A stretch of 64,000 bases of DNA from Candidatus Binatia bacterium (lineage in GTDB: Bacteria > Desulfobacterota > Binatia > UBA12015): the NCBI GenBank assembly GCA_029243485.1, contig JAQWRY010000088.1, forward strand, positions 27,221-91,220, written 5' to 3'. A program made the translations under genes and the position numbers. Under the pieces are notes generated by a model. That model was not told the DNA's origin, did not search any database, and saw only the letters and a list, made by a program, of their open reading frames with translations. Below, one piece after another: positions 48,696 through 59,070 of the stretch; the first letter of the stretch is position 1; every line of letters begins with the position of its first letter.

Positions 48696-51125
48696 ATGCA
48701 TCCCATTCGATTGATCCCCATCGCCTTGATTCTCCTGACACTTCTCTCGCCGGGCTCCGCAGCCGGACAGGTAGAGGCTCCGTCCGATCTCCAAAAGTCG
48801 CTCGACACGGGTGTCGAGACGGTGGGGGAGGAGGACGAGGTCGATGCCGGCGCGGCGCAGGCCGAGGCGGCGGAGCGCGGTGACCCGACACCTGGGCTGG
48901 ACCGGGGGGCGCGGCAGCGAATCGAGGAGATCGTGGTGAGCGCACGGAAGCGTGCAGAGCTGCTCGAGGATACTCCGGTGGCCGTCACCGTCCTCGGCGA
49001 GACCGCGCTGCGCCAGTCCGGGATCACGCGGATCGATCAGATTCAGGATCTAGTGCCGAACATGACGTTCGCCCAGGGGCTCGCTGGGCAGGCACCGCAG
49101 ATTCGCATTCGCGGGGTCGGGACCACGACCGTCGAGGTGGCGTTCGATCCCGGCGTCGGGGTGTACGTGGACGGAGTTTTCCTTGCCCGCGCGGTGGGGC
49201 AGCTGCTCGACACCGTCGATATCGAGCAGGTGGAAGTGTTGCGAGGTCCGCAGGGGACCCTCTTCGGGAAGAACACCGTCGGCGGAGCGGTGAGTGTGAC
49301 GACCGTGAAGCCGAAGCCCGAGCTCGAGGGCTTCGTGTTCGTGCGCCCGGGCAACTTCGGGTCCGTCATGACGCGCGCGATGGTGAATCTGCCGGTCTAC
49401 GAAGACAAGGTGATGACACGCTTCGCACTCTCGTCGAGGAACAGCGCCGGTTACGTCTACAATCAGTATCGTGACGAGTACATGTCCGGGCTCAGCTCGA
49501 TCGACACGCTGGGCTCTATCCGTCTCGCGCTGATCGATGATCTCACGATCGACGTGAGCGGCCAGTACTCGACCGCGCACACCAACGCACGGGGTGGGGA
49601 GTGTGTCTTCTCGGCCCCGGGTGCTCTCGAGGGCCTCGTTCCCGGCTTCAAGCCGGGGTGCGAGGCAGTGTCGGGACCCTTCCTCACGAACGAAGCCGTC
49701 GCGCAGATCAACAGTGTAACGAGCAGTGGCACCTGGGGTGTCATCGAGTACGCACCGGGCGGCTTCGCTTTTCTCGACGACCTGCTTGTGAAATCGATCT
49801 CGTCGTGGCGCCAGCAGGCGTCGGCACAGCGCTTCGATCTGGACGGCAGTTCCTACCCGGCGATTCAGCTCTCGAATGCCGGCGGAGGAGCGTTGTTCGA
49901 TGGCGAGCCGACCGAGCAAGAGCAGGTCCAGCAGGAACTGCAGTTCAACGCGTCTGCTTGGGACGGCCGAATCAACTTTATCACGGGCCTCTTTGCTTAC
50001 TGGGAGAACGCCACCGCGCCGAACACCGTGCGGGCCGAGACCGCGACGTTCGTGACCGCGACGGCCAATCGGATCACGACCGACAATTTCACGTGGGCGC
50101 TGTACGGGCAGGGGACGGCGGACGTCACGGACTGGCTCTCGCTCACGGCCGGCCTCCGGTACACCGCGGACCGAAAATCGTTCACGCAGGAGGCCTATGA
50201 CCCTCGCGCGCCCGACGTGCCGCCGGAGATGGGCGCGGATTCCAACACGTTCACGTCGTGGACGCCCGCGGCGACGCTGGCGCTGCTGACCCCGCAGGAG
50301 TGGCTCGACGGAACTCCGGTCGATCACCTGATGGGCTACTTCACGTACTCGCGGGGCTTCAAGGGCGGAGGGTTCAACGCCGTTCTGCAATCTCAGGTCG
50401 GTTCGTTGAGCCCGGTACCGTTCGACCCGGAGACGCTCGACAACTTCGAACTCGGTGTGAAGACGACCGCACTGGAGCAGCGTCTCACGCTCAACTTGGC
50501 GGTCTTCCGCGGGAAGTATGACGACATTCAGGTCTCGCAGTTCGTGACCTCGCTGGATGATCAGGGAATGGTCGTTTCGCAGCGCGTGACGCAGAACGCG
50601 GCGAAGGCGACGATCCAGGGGTTCGAGGCGGAGGCTTGGGTGCAGCCGATCGACGGACTCGTCTTCACGGGGTCGTTCGGCTACCTCGACGCGCGCTACG
50701 ACGAGTACTCCGGCTCGGAGTCGCAGATGACGTCCGCGCCTATCGATCGGGCCGGCGAGACCTTCGATCAGTCGCCGCAGCTTCAGTCGTTCGTGTCCGC
50801 CCAGTATTCCTTCGGGATCGACATCGCCGCGGACTCGCTGCTCAACGGATGGCTCACGCCACGGCTCGAGTGGGCGTACCGCGATCGGTTCCACACGGTG
50901 GCGCCGGAGGTCCGGCAGGGCTTTCAGGCGGGATACAACCTCCTGAACGCGCGGCTCTCGTACGACTTCCTAGACGACCGCGCGCAGGTCGCCGTGTGGG
51001 CGAAGAACTTGCTCGACGAGGCGTACTTCAACCAGACGTTCGCCTACGTGACGACGTTTGGGGGCGTCTCGCGGTTCTATGAGCCGCCTCTGACGTTCGG
51101 CGGCGAGCTCAGCTACGTTTTCTAG
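48696..51125 (+). CDS. TonB-dependent outer-membrane receptor
   Basis: Signal peptide, TonB box and plug (IEEIVVSARKRAELLEDTPVAVTVL), a long barrel, and a C-terminal …GGELSYVF. Confidence 0.9.
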   Translation: MHPIRLIPIALILLTLLSPGSAAGQVEAPSDLQKSLDTGVETVGEEDEVDAGAAQAEAAERGDPTPGLDRGARQRIEEIVVSARKRAELLEDTPVAVTVLGETALRQSGITRIDQIQDLVPNMTFAQGLAGQAPQIRIRGVGTTTVEVAFDPGVGVYVDGVFLARAVGQLLDTVDIEQVEVLRGPQGTLFGKNTVGGAVSVTTVKPKPELEGFVFVRPGNFGSVMTRAMVNLPVYEDKVMTRFALSSRNSAGYVYNQYRDEYMSGLSSIDTLGSIRLALIDDLTIDVSGQYSTAHTNARGGECVFSAPGALEGLVPGFKPGCEAVSGPFLTNEAVAQINSVTSSGTWGVIEYAPGGFAFLDDLLVKSISSWRQQASAQRFDLDGSSYPAIQLSNAGGGALFDGEPTEQEQVQQELQFNASAWDGRINFITGLFAYWENATAPNTVRAETATFVTATANRITTDNFTWALYGQGTADVTDWLSLTAGLRYTADRKSFTQEAYDPRAPDVPPEMGADSNTFTSWTPAATLALLTPQEWLDGTPVDHLMGYFTYSRGFKGGGFNAVLQSQVGSLSPVPFDPETLDNFELGVKTTALEQRLTLNLAVFRGKYDDIQVSQFVTSLDDQGMVVSQRVTQNAAKATIQGFEAEAWVQPIDGLVFTGSFGYLDARYDEYSGSESQMTSAPIDRAGETFDQSPQLQSFVSAQYSFGIDIAADSLLNGWLTPRLEWAYRDRFHTVAPEVRQGFQAGYNLLNARLSYDFLDDRAQVAVWAKNLLDEAYFNQTFAYVTTFGGVSRFYEPPLTFGGELSYVF

Positions 51126-51134
51126 TGCACCGGT

Positions 51135-51749
51135 TTACTGCGGGTTCCGCGCGAGCCGATACGGGTCGGTGTCCTCGAACTCTCCCTCGTTTCCCCGGGT
51201 TGGGTGCATTCCTAGCCGAAAGACGCCGCTGAGAGACAGGTAGGCGCGGAGAGCGAAGATCGGGCTGCCGAGGAGAATCCGAGTCCACGTCCCGAAGACG
51301 AAACTGTTCCAACCGGGGAACGACAGCGCGAAGAGCGGGAAGTTGATGAACGGCCCCGTGAAGGCGTTGAGCCGGTAGGCGATCCCCGACCGGCACGGTG
51401 GCGGCCACGTGCGCCTCTCGGGTTTCCTTCGAATCGAGCTTGCGCCCGGCGGCGGCTTCGAAGAGCCCACCGCTCGCATAGAAGCCGAGCACGACGTGGT
51501 AGATCGCCAGGACCGCCAGCGTGAGCTCCGGCTCCCCGATGCGGCGGTCCCCGGGGGTCTTCTTCCTCCAGCCGCGGGTTCGCGTGAGCGCGGCTGCGAG
51601 GCGACATCGCGCATCGATGTGCCGTCGTACCCTTGGTCGGCAAAGAGGCGTTCGGCGGCATCGAGGATGCTTGTGGCGGTGGCGTTGCCGCTTCCGGTGG
51701 CCGCGCGGCGACTGCGAGTGGTTTTCTTGGATCTTCGGGCTCTCGACAT
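51135..51749 (-). pseudogene. TetR-family HTH N-terminus followed by out-of-frame or degenerate sequence
   Basis: …TSILDAAERLFADQGYDGTSMRDVAS is a canonical TetR HTH. The same frame then becomes Arg/Pro-rich low complexity. Hydrophobic segments in two other frames (…LTLAVLAIYHVVLGFYASGGLFEAAAG… and …FTGPFINFPLFALSFPGWNSFVFG…) suggest a different, also broken, membrane-protein gene. Confidence 0.35.
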
Positions 51750-52099
51750 GACCAGCGGTTGCTAGTCCATTGGTCGCCGGCTTAGGCTAGCAAGTGCTAG
51801 TTTCAAGAAATCCGCAATGGAGGATCTCTACGCCACGTGCGAGAGGGTCGTTTCGGGCGGCTCGATCGCCCTCCTCATGTTCGGGATGGGGCGACCCTTC
51901 GGGCGGCTGATTCCGTAGACCTGGCGCGACGCCCGCGGGCGTTCATCGACCTGCGCAGTTCGAGATGCCGGTTGGCCAGATCGCGTTCGACGTGGTCGTG
52001 TATCTGTTCGTGTTCCTGGTCTACGGTTGGCTCAGCTTTGTAGTGGTCGTCGCGGCGGTGCTCTGGCGCCGCGCGGAGCCGGTGCCGGAGTCGTAGCCG

Positions 52100-55057
52100 C
52101 TACGGACCCTTGGACTTGAACTTCGACCCGTCGTTCACGAGCGACAGCGGGAAGGTGCTCTGCCAGCAGTCCTGCGTCACGCCGTCGTCGATGACGAGCT
52201 GCGTCGTCACCGTGGTCGTGAGCGGAAGACTGGGGATCGTGAGGAAGCTGCCCTGGCCCTTCGCAAGGACCTTCGTCTTTCCGGCGTCGCCTTCCTTGAA
52301 CTTCATGAGCGTCACGCCGTCTGAGCTCTGGCCGGTCTTGTTCTTGTATTTGAAGCCCTTGCCGTTGAGGCTCTTCCAGCAGTCCTTGCCGCTGCACTGG
52401 CCGGCGCTCCCGATGGTTGCCTCATAGATGGGCTGGCTGGCCCCCGAGTCGTCGTAGAAGCAGACGCTCAGGTTGCGTCCCGTCTGGGTCGGGTCGAGGA
52501 AGTCGGCCGTCGCAGTAGCGTCGCCGCGGTTCATCTTCCAGACGAACTTGTCTTTGCTCCCGTCGATGATGGTGAGGATCGAGCCGAACGGCTGGCTCAG
52601 TCGGCAGCCGGTGGCGGGCGTCTCCTGACAGAGGATCTCGTCGGCGCACGAGAAGAGGTGGACGTCGTCGACGTACCAGCCGATTTGCCCGTTGCAGCCG
52701 TCGAGGCCCATCTCGAAGCGGAGCTGAATCGTGTCGCCATCGTCAGCGAAGTCGGACAGGTCTACCTGGGACTGTCCCCAGCTGCCGGTGAGGCTGCCGC
52801 CGTCGGCGCCGGTGAAGGCCTCTTGGCCCGCGAGCGGGTTGTCGTTGCCCTGGCCGGAGGAGTTGAGCGTGTCGTTGTACGGATTGAAGTCATACGCGGA
52901 GGCCGGAACGAGGGTGTACCCGCCGCCGTTCACGCTGATCTTCACGTTGGCACCGTCCCATCCCTCCTCGGTCGACACCCAATGGTCGAACGCGAGTCGC
53001 ACCTTCTTGACTCCGGAGGGAATGACGATCTCCGGGCTTTGGAGGAACAAGACGCCGGCTTCGGTGTCCGCTTGGCAGTTGCCCAGGGCCGGGTCGTCCG
53101 CCACGAAGGCGGCGGAGCCCGCGACGCTATCCGGCAGGCTTCCGACGACAGCCCAATCGAGCGTGTCGAAGGTACCGAGATTCGCGACGCTGCGGGTGCC
53201 CACGGTCCAGGAGCCGAGCCCGCTCTCCCAGTCCTGGAGGTGAATCGTGTCGACGGTGCTACCGCCACAGAGCGCGGGCGGGCTCGCGTCGAGCATTGGC
53301 GTGAAGCTGCACTGCGTCGGGGCGGTGCGGAGCTCGACCGCGGCGATCGCGTCGGAGACCTCGGTGCAGTCGGCCGCGCTGATCGTGGAGCCGAGCGTGC
53401 CCCCCCACGTACCCGACCCTGTCGTGAGAGGGGTGTACAGGGCGGCGCCGAGGAGGTCGGTGCAGCTAGCCTCCAGCGCATTCGCGTGATCTTCGAAGTC
53501 GCTCGCCGCTACCTGATAGACGGTCGCGGCGCGCCAGTAGATGTGGGCGGCCTTCTCGAGGCCGATTCCGGTGATAGTCTGTCCGTTGTAGGTGCCACCG
53601 TCGACGAGAAGAGCGAAGGCGTGATTCGGAACGCCGGAGTTGGTGTGGACGCCGCCGTTGTCCGCACTGCTGCAGACGTAGCTCCCGGAGGAGACCTTGT
53701 CGGGGTCGCCGTAGCAGAGAGGCTGCCACATATCGCGAATGGCGCCGCCGAATCCGGGGTCGTCCTCGCCCGACAGCCAGCGATACGTCGCGTCGGTCGA
53801 TGGAGAGCCGTTGCCGAACGTGGAGCAGGCGGAGCCGTCGGAGGCGCGAAGGCCGAGGGGCGAGTCCGTGCCGCGACCGTTCAGGAAGTCGACGACCTCG
53901 CCGAAGATGTCCGAGTAGGACTCATTCAGCGCGCCAGCCTGCCAAGCGTAGATCAAGTTGTGCGTGTACTCGGTGTAGGCGTGCATCCATTCGTGCGCGA
54001 CCGTGTCGTCCCCGGTCACGCCGTCGCAGTAGTTCGTGGAGACGCCGTTCCAGGTCGCGTTCGGACAGCTGATCCCGGGATCGTTGTTGACCGTGTACAT
54101 GATCGCGTCGAGCCCATCGTAGGAGAGGTACGCGCCGTTCGTCATGCTGCCGAACAGATTGTAGGACTCCTTTGCGCCGTCGTTCGCACCATTCCACGCA
54201 GTGACCTGCGCCGCGGTACCACTGGCCCAGCCGGCGGTGATCGGATCGGGGTGGCCGAGTCCTTCGTCCCAGATGATGTTGCCCAAACTGGTTTCGCCGA
54301 CGCGGCGATGAAGCGTTTCGTGAACGCCGGAGATGCGCTCGAGGATGCCGCCCGATGCGGCGTCGACGAAGACCCACTCGTGGACCGTCAGATCGGCGTT
54401 GCCGATCTCGACTTCCCACGCGAGGTGCGCCGTCCCGGGTATGCCGCGAAGGAGTCCCGTGTCGTAGATGACCAGGCGGCGACCGATCGCTTCGGCCGCG
54501 CTCTTGGCGGTAGCAATGGCGTCCGCTTCTGGTCCGGGGAGCGCAGGAGTAGTGGAGAGGGGGCCTCGCACCGCGACGACCGAGCCGCCGATGGACGTGA
54601 GGTCGAGGCCGGGGCCGAAGTGGGCACGGAGCTCGCCGCCGAACACTTCGATGCCATCGACGACCTGGCGGTAGCGCACGCGGCGGGTGCCGAGCGCGTC
54701 GCTCGATTCCCCGATGACCTCGAGCTGATCGCCGGGCTCCGAGAGACCGAACAGATCAGCGTGGTCTCGAAGGAACTCGTTGGCCTTCGCCCGAGCCGAG
54801 CCCGCCCGGCTGCCGGGCAGAAGATCGCGGCCGCTGTCGGCGCGCACGAAGCCCGCCACTGAGGTGCCCCGGCGCGCTCGCACCCGGGCGCCGGGGCCGG
54901 CGTCTCGTTCGAGGCGCTCGACGGCACCCGGATCGACCTCGCGAGCCTGCCGGTCGGGGCCCGCGGCCGCCGCTGGGAGGGCCAGGGCTGTGGCGAGGGC
55001 CACCCAAAGGCCGAGGAAGAAAGGTCGGCCGGTCCAGGGGCGTCCAGGCGAGCTCAT
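52100..55057 (-). CDS. secreted M4 (thermolysin/vibriolysin-like) zinc metallopeptidase with C-terminal accessory domains
   Basis: Signal peptide, N-terminal propeptide, VAHEWMHAYTE (HExxH) and NESYSDIFGE. About 350 extra C-terminal residues. Confidence 0.9.
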   Translation of the reverse strand: MSSPGRPWTGRPFFLGLWVALATALALPAAAAGPDRQAREVDPGAVERLERDAGPGARVRARRGTSVAGFVRADSGRDLLPGSRAGSARAKANEFLRDHADLFGLSEPGDQLEVIGESSDALGTRRVRYRQVVDGIEVFGGELRAHFGPGLDLTSIGGSVVAVRGPLSTTPALPGPEADAIATAKSAAEAIGRRLVIYDTGLLRGIPGTAHLAWEVEIGNADLTVHEWVFVDAASGGILERISGVHETLHRRVGETSLGNIIWDEGLGHPDPITAGWASGTAAQVTAWNGANDGAKESYNLFGSMTNGAYLSYDGLDAIMYTVNNDPGISCPNATWNGVSTNYCDGVTGDDTVAHEWMHAYTEYTHNLIYAWQAGALNESYSDIFGEVVDFLNGRGTDSPLGLRASDGSACSTFGNGSPSTDATYRWLSGEDDPGFGGAIRDMWQPLCYGDPDKVSSGSYVCSSADNGGVHTNSGVPNHAFALLVDGGTYNGQTITGIGLEKAAHIYWRAATVYQVAASDFEDHANALEASCTDLLGAALYTPLTTGSGTWGGTLGSTISAADCTEVSDAIAAVELRTAPTQCSFTPMLDASPPALCGGSTVDTIHLQDWESGLGSWTVGTRSVANLGTFDTLDWAVVGSLPDSVAGSAAFVADDPALGNCQADTEAGVLFLQSPEIVIPSGVKKVRLAFDHWVSTEEGWDGANVKISVNGGGYTLVPASAYDFNPYNDTLNSSGQGNDNPLAGQEAFTGADGGSLTGSWGQSQVDLSDFADDGDTIQLRFEMGLDGCNGQIGWYVDDVHLFSCADEILCQETPATGCRLSQPFGSILTIIDGSKDKFVWKMNRGDATATADFLDPTQTGRNLSVCFYDDSGASQPIYEATIGSAGQCSGKDCWKSLNGKGFKYKNKTGQSSDGVTLMKFKEGDAGKTKVLAKGQGSFLTIPSLPLTTTVTTQLVIDDGVTQDCWQSTFPLSLVNDGSKFKSKGP

Positions 55058-55201
55058 CTGTTGTTTGTATCGGGCCCCGGCGGCGAGGTCGAGCCACTTT
55101 CCCTTCCTCCATAGGGGTCGCGATACCGCCGCCGACCGTTTCGGGGCGACTGGGGCGGGGGAGTGGCTCCAGCCAGACCAGAGTAGTAGGGTTTCCGGTT
55201 C

Positions 55202-56227
55202 ATGGAAAAGTCACAAGTCGGCACGACGCTCACCCACCACGCCCTCGTCAGCCAGCGCGCTCACGCCAAGCGCACGGGAGAGCAGCCTGCCGGCGACTTC
55301 AGCGAATTGCTGAATCAGCTGGCCGTGGCGGGCAAGATCATCTCCGCCGAGGTCAACATGGCCGGGCTCGCGGATATCCTGGGCGTCGCCGGCCGGACGA
55401 ACGTGCAGGGCGAAGAGGTGATGAAGCTCGACGTGTTCGCGAACAACACCATCGTCGAGATTCTGCGCCGCTCGGGTCACGTCTGCATCATGGCGTCCGA
55501 AGAGGTGGATGATCCCATCGACGTTCCGGAGCCACACTACCCCGGGAAGTATGCCGTCGCCTTCGATCCTCTCGACGGATCTTCCAACATCGACGTCAAC
55601 GTTAGCATCGGCACGATCTTCTCCATTCACCGCCGCCGCGATCCCTACGGGGTACCGGGCAGGGCCGAAGATCTGCTCCGCCCCGGCAGCGAGCTCGCCG
55701 CCGCGGGTTACATCATCTTCGGTTCCTCGACGATGTTCGTCTACACGACCGGGCACGGCGTTCACGGTTTCACGCTCGATCCGTCCATTGGCGAGTTCCT
55801 GCTCTCGCACGAGAACATCGTGATCCCCGAGAAGTGCGGCACCTACAGCGTCAACGAGGGGAACAGCAGCAAGTGGACTCCGGCGACGCAGAAGTTCGTC
55901 GAGTACGTGAAGTCCCCGGACGCGAGTCCTCTGGGCGGAATGAAGTCGCGTTACATCGGCTCACTCGTGGCCGACTTCCATCGCAACCTTCTGAAGGGCG
56001 GGATCTTCCTGTATCCGGCGGACGCCGCAACCGGGAAGGGAAAGCTGCGGTTGCTCTACGAGGCGGCGCCGCTGGGCTTCATCGCGAAGCACGCCGGTGG
56101 GTACGCGTCGACCGGGACCCAGGGAATCCTCGACGTCGAGCCCGACGGTCTTCATCAGAGGGTGCCGCTCATCATCGGCAATCGTGACGCGGTCGAGATG
56201 TACGAGCGGAGTGTGGCCGGGGAGTAG
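55202..56227 (+). CDS. fbp: fructose-1,6-bisphosphatase class 1
   Basis: DPLDGSSNIDVNVSIGTIFSI and GKLRLLYEAAPL motifs. Confidence 0.9.
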   Translation: MEKSQVGTTLTHHALVSQRAHAKRTGEQPAGDFSELLNQLAVAGKIISAEVNMAGLADILGVAGRTNVQGEEVMKLDVFANNTIVEILRRSGHVCIMASEEVDDPIDVPEPHYPGKYAVAFDPLDGSSNIDVNVSIGTIFSIHRRRDPYGVPGRAEDLLRPGSELAAAGYIIFGSSTMFVYTTGHGVHGFTLDPSIGEFLLSHENIVIPEKCGTYSVNEGNSSKWTPATQKFVEYVKSPDASPLGGMKSRYIGSLVADFHRNLLKGGIFLYPADAATGKGKLRLLYEAAPLGFIAKHAGGYASTGTQGILDVEPDGLHQRVPLIIGNRDAVEMYERSVAGE

Positions 56228-56255
56228 CTGCCGCGCCCGGCGGGCTCTGCGTGGC

Positions 56256-57056
56256 CTATACGCAGTCCGCGGCTCCGCCGTCGATTCGCAGGTCGGCTCC
56301 GTTGATCGAGGCCGCCCAGCCGCTGCAGACGAATGCGACCAGAGCGCCGACCTCGTCCGGTCGGGCTATGCGCCCACTCGGGGTCGGCATGAAGTCGCTC
56401 GCGGCGCGTTTCTCAAGCTCTTCCCAACTGCCGGTCCAGCCCTTCTTCTCCGCTCGCCGCTCTACCATGGCGCGCACCTCTGCGGTTGCGATGAGTCCCG
56501 GACTGATGAGGTTGACGGTGACGCCGGAGCCGGAGAGTTCCTTGCTCAGGCTGACCGTCATCGCAGGCAGAGAGGCTTTGGCCGCGTAGTAGCCCGGTGT
56601 CTGTTTGCGCGGGCGCACGCTCCCGACCGTGCCGACGAACACGATCCGCCCCCAGCCGCGCGACTTCATGTCGCCGGCGAGGCGTCGGACGAGCCGGACG
56701 CCGGAGAGCACGTTGGTCTCGAACATCGACGTCCAGTCTTCGGAGGAGCCGTCCAGCCAGCCACCGCCGGCGGCGGCGCCGTAGTTGTTCACGAGGATGT
56801 CAATCGGGTGCCCGTGTGTCGCGAGCCCGCGGGCGATCTCGTCCGCGCCCTCCTCGCTTCTTGGGTCGCCGGTGACTGACGAGGCATTGCCGCCCGCCTC
56901 GCGAATGGCAGCGACGATCGGGTCTGGCTGGCCCGCTTCGAGTCCGTGAACCACGACCGATGCACCCTCGGCAGCGAGCACCTGTGCGATCCCGGCCCCG
57001 GTACCGCGATGGCTCCCGGTGACCAGCGCCGTCTTGCTCGTGAGATTCAAGTCCAT
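56256..57056 (-). CDS. SDR oxidoreductase
   Basis: 266 aa from MDLNLTSKTALVTGSHRGTGAG. The longer ORF-track N-terminus is junk. Confidence 0.8.
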   Translation of the reverse strand: MDLNLTSKTALVTGSHRGTGAGIAQVLAAEGASVVVHGLEAGQPDPIVAAIREAGGNASSVTGDPRSEEGADEIARGLATHGHPIDILVNNYGAAAGGGWLDGSSEDWTSMFETNVLSGVRLVRRLAGDMKSRGWGRIVFVGTVGSVRPRKQTPGYYAAKASLPAMTVSLSKELSGSGVTVNLISPGLIATAEVRAMVERRAEKKGWTGSWEELEKRAASDFMPTPSGRIARPDEVGALVAFVCSGWAASINGADLRIDGGAADCV

Positions 57057-57106
57057 GGGGACTCTTCTCACGGCAGCCGGAGTGGGGCCAATCGGTCGCG
57101 CTCTCG

Positions 57107-57241
57107 TCAGCTGAGGATCGTGGCCAGGAGGCCGGGCGCTTCGATTGGTTTGCGAACGGCGTCCACGGTCGACAGCCACGCGGCGAGATTCACGGCCAGA
57201 ACGGCGATCGTTTCTACACGGCACAACGTCTTCATTCCCAT
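57107..57241 (-). CDS. candidate small hydrophobic protein (44 aa)
   Basis: GGAGGAGAG immediately upstream of ATGGGAATG. MGMKTLCRVETIAVLAVNLAAWLSTVDAVRKPIEAPGLLATILS has one predicted TM helix. Lies in a 317-bp gap between same-strand genes. Confidence 0.3.
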   Translation of the reverse strand: MGMKTLCRVETIAVLAVNLAAWLSTVDAVRKPIEAPGLLATILS

Positions 57242-57373
57242 CTCTCCTCCGGGGCAGACGTGTTGTAACTCGGGTGCCGCGCACGCCACAGGCAGGCCGG
57301 GTTCGCGAAATCCTCCAGAGTTTTCGGTATCCTTCCAGGCGGCGCCGACACAATGCGTGCGCCGGGCTCGGCT

Positions 57374-58492
57374 CTACGCGACCTTCGCGAGTCGCATGAA
57401 TCCTCGTTTCTCGAGGCGCCAGCCGGGCTCGGTCCGGCACAAGGAAAGGAGGCCCGCCGGTTCGAGGATACGGTCGGCATCCGCGCGGTCCGACTCGGGG
57501 ATGGCCCGGTAGCAGTCGAGGACGCGTTGGAGTTTCCATGCGACGTAGCTGGATACGGGAAATGTGGTGGGGACGCCGGCGAGAGTCGTCTCGTGAGCCC
57601 CGAGGAACTGTCGCGGCTCTGCGTCCGGCTCGAGCGTCGCGAATTTGGCCTCGGCCACGGCGAGCGTGGTCGCCGCGTACGCACCGTATGTGGTCCCAAA
57701 CGTTTCGAGCACGGGGGCCAAGCTGTCGGAGAAGAAGAGGTCGCCCCGGTCGGACTCCCCGGCCGCCGCGAGCATGTGATCGATCCATAGGGAGAGGCTG
57801 ATGCACTTCCAATGGATGTGGTCACACATCGCCCCCGGGTCGCGGTACAGATGCCCGAACAGAGCGTTCATCATGCCCAGATCCGCTAGGCTCGGTCGGT
57901 CGCCGAGGAGGAAGGGTGTGTTCTCCAAATGCGCGTCGAGTCGGTCGCAGATTTCGCGGGTCTGCCGCTCACAGACTGCGACGATTTCGGGGGACTGCGT
58001 CATCTGCCCCTTGAATCTCTTCTGGATCGATCGAGCGATTCGAACCGCATTCTCGCGGGTCGCTGCGCGCGGCTTGGGCTCGGGCATGCGCTCCGTGCAG
58101 ATCTGTTGAAACATCCGTACGGCCCACGCCGAGGTGTCCTCCGGCACCCAGCGATAGCGAATGCTCGTGAGGATCATGAAGTCGTCCGCAATGGTCTCGA
58201 ACAACGTAGCCAACAATCGGAGCACGGGGTCGTAGGGGATCACGGGTCGTGCGGGGTGGCGTTGCTCGAGTGCGTCGACGATGTCGCAGCTGTCCTGTAG
58301 GACCGTGCCGTCGGGGCAGAGCACGACCGGATACATGTGGCTGCCCGTCTTTTCCTTTGCGCGGCGGATCGTGTCGCCGTTGGCGCAGACCTCGCTGTAG
58401 GGGAGGCGTTTGTACTGGAGGCAGGCTCTCACCTTGGCGGAGTAGTAGGAGTTCTTCGATCCGATGAATTCGTAGTCCGCGGACGCCGTCAT
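57374..58492 (-). CDS. GST-like protein with extended C-terminal region (372 aa)
   Basis: From MTASADYEFIGSKNSYYSAKVRACL, a GST N-terminal thioredoxin-like fold. A helical GST-C region follows, then about 150 extra residues. Confidence 0.55.
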   Translation of the reverse strand: MTASADYEFIGSKNSYYSAKVRACLQYKRLPYSEVCANGDTIRRAKEKTGSHMYPVVLCPDGTVLQDSCDIVDALEQRHPARPVIPYDPVLRLLATLFETIADDFMILTSIRYRWVPEDTSAWAVRMFQQICTERMPEPKPRAATRENAVRIARSIQKRFKGQMTQSPEIVAVCERQTREICDRLDAHLENTPFLLGDRPSLADLGMMNALFGHLYRDPGAMCDHIHWKCISLSLWIDHMLAAAGESDRGDLFFSDSLAPVLETFGTTYGAYAATTLAVAEAKFATLEPDAEPRQFLGAHETTLAGVPTTFPVSSYVAWKLQRVLDCYRAIPESDRADADRILEPAGLLSLCRTEPGWRLEKRGFMRLAKVA

Positions 58493-58574
58493 GGCGTCTT
58501 GGAATAGACCCCGCCGGGCCGGTTGTCGATTGCAGCACCGCATCGTACTCGAAGGTGTGGACTTCGATCGCTTC

Positions 58575-59021
58575 ATGACCAGAGTGAATCCCCTGATCGT
58601 CGGGATTCTGCGATCGCCGCTGCACGGGCTCATGAGTTCGGGGTTGCTCGCCCTCACCGTGACGGGCCGCCGGACCGGCCGTCGGTACACGATCCCGGTG
58701 GGCTACCAGCGCGACGGAGATCGGTTCGTCATCCTGGTTTCGAAGGCGCGGCGGAAGAACTGGTGGCGGAACTATCTGGAGCCGGCGCCGGTTGAGATGC
58801 TCATTGCGGGGCAGAAGGTGCCTGGAATGGGCTGGGTCGTGCAGCCGGAGTCGTTCGAGTTCCGGAAGAACGCCGAGCGGACCTTCCGGCGGATGCCGTG
58901 GCTCGGGAAGCAGTTCGCGATCGAGTACGACACAAGGACCGGCCTGACCGAAGCCCAAGTGGCCCACCTCGGCGTCGAAGGTGCGATGGTACAGATCGAA
59001 TCCGCGCCCGCGGGAAGTTGA
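58575..59021 (+). CDS. deazaflavin-dependent nitroreductase-like protein (DUF385/Ddn family, PNPOx-like split barrel)
   Basis: …LALTVTGRRTGRRYTIPVGYQRDGDRFVILVSKARRKNWWRNYLEPAPVEMLIAGQ… matches the Ddn/DUF385 pattern (GRKSG…NWYRNL). Confidence 0.6.
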   Translation: MTRVNPLIVGILRSPLHGLMSSGLLALTVTGRRTGRRYTIPVGYQRDGDRFVILVSKARRKNWWRNYLEPAPVEMLIAGQKVPGMGWVVQPESFEFRKNAERTFRRMPWLGKQFAIEYDTRTGLTEAQVAHLGVEGAMVQIESAPAGS

Positions 59022-59070
59022 CTGAAGTCCGGATTCTGGAGACTCTCGCCCCGTTCCGCCGGACCGAACG

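Noticed and set aside
51109-51492. Possible continuation of TetR in the 51109-51492(-) frame.
   Set aside because: It does not align with the region expected right after the HTH, and a ~100-nt gap separates it from the HTH. It was treated as part of a degenerate locus, not a second intact gene.
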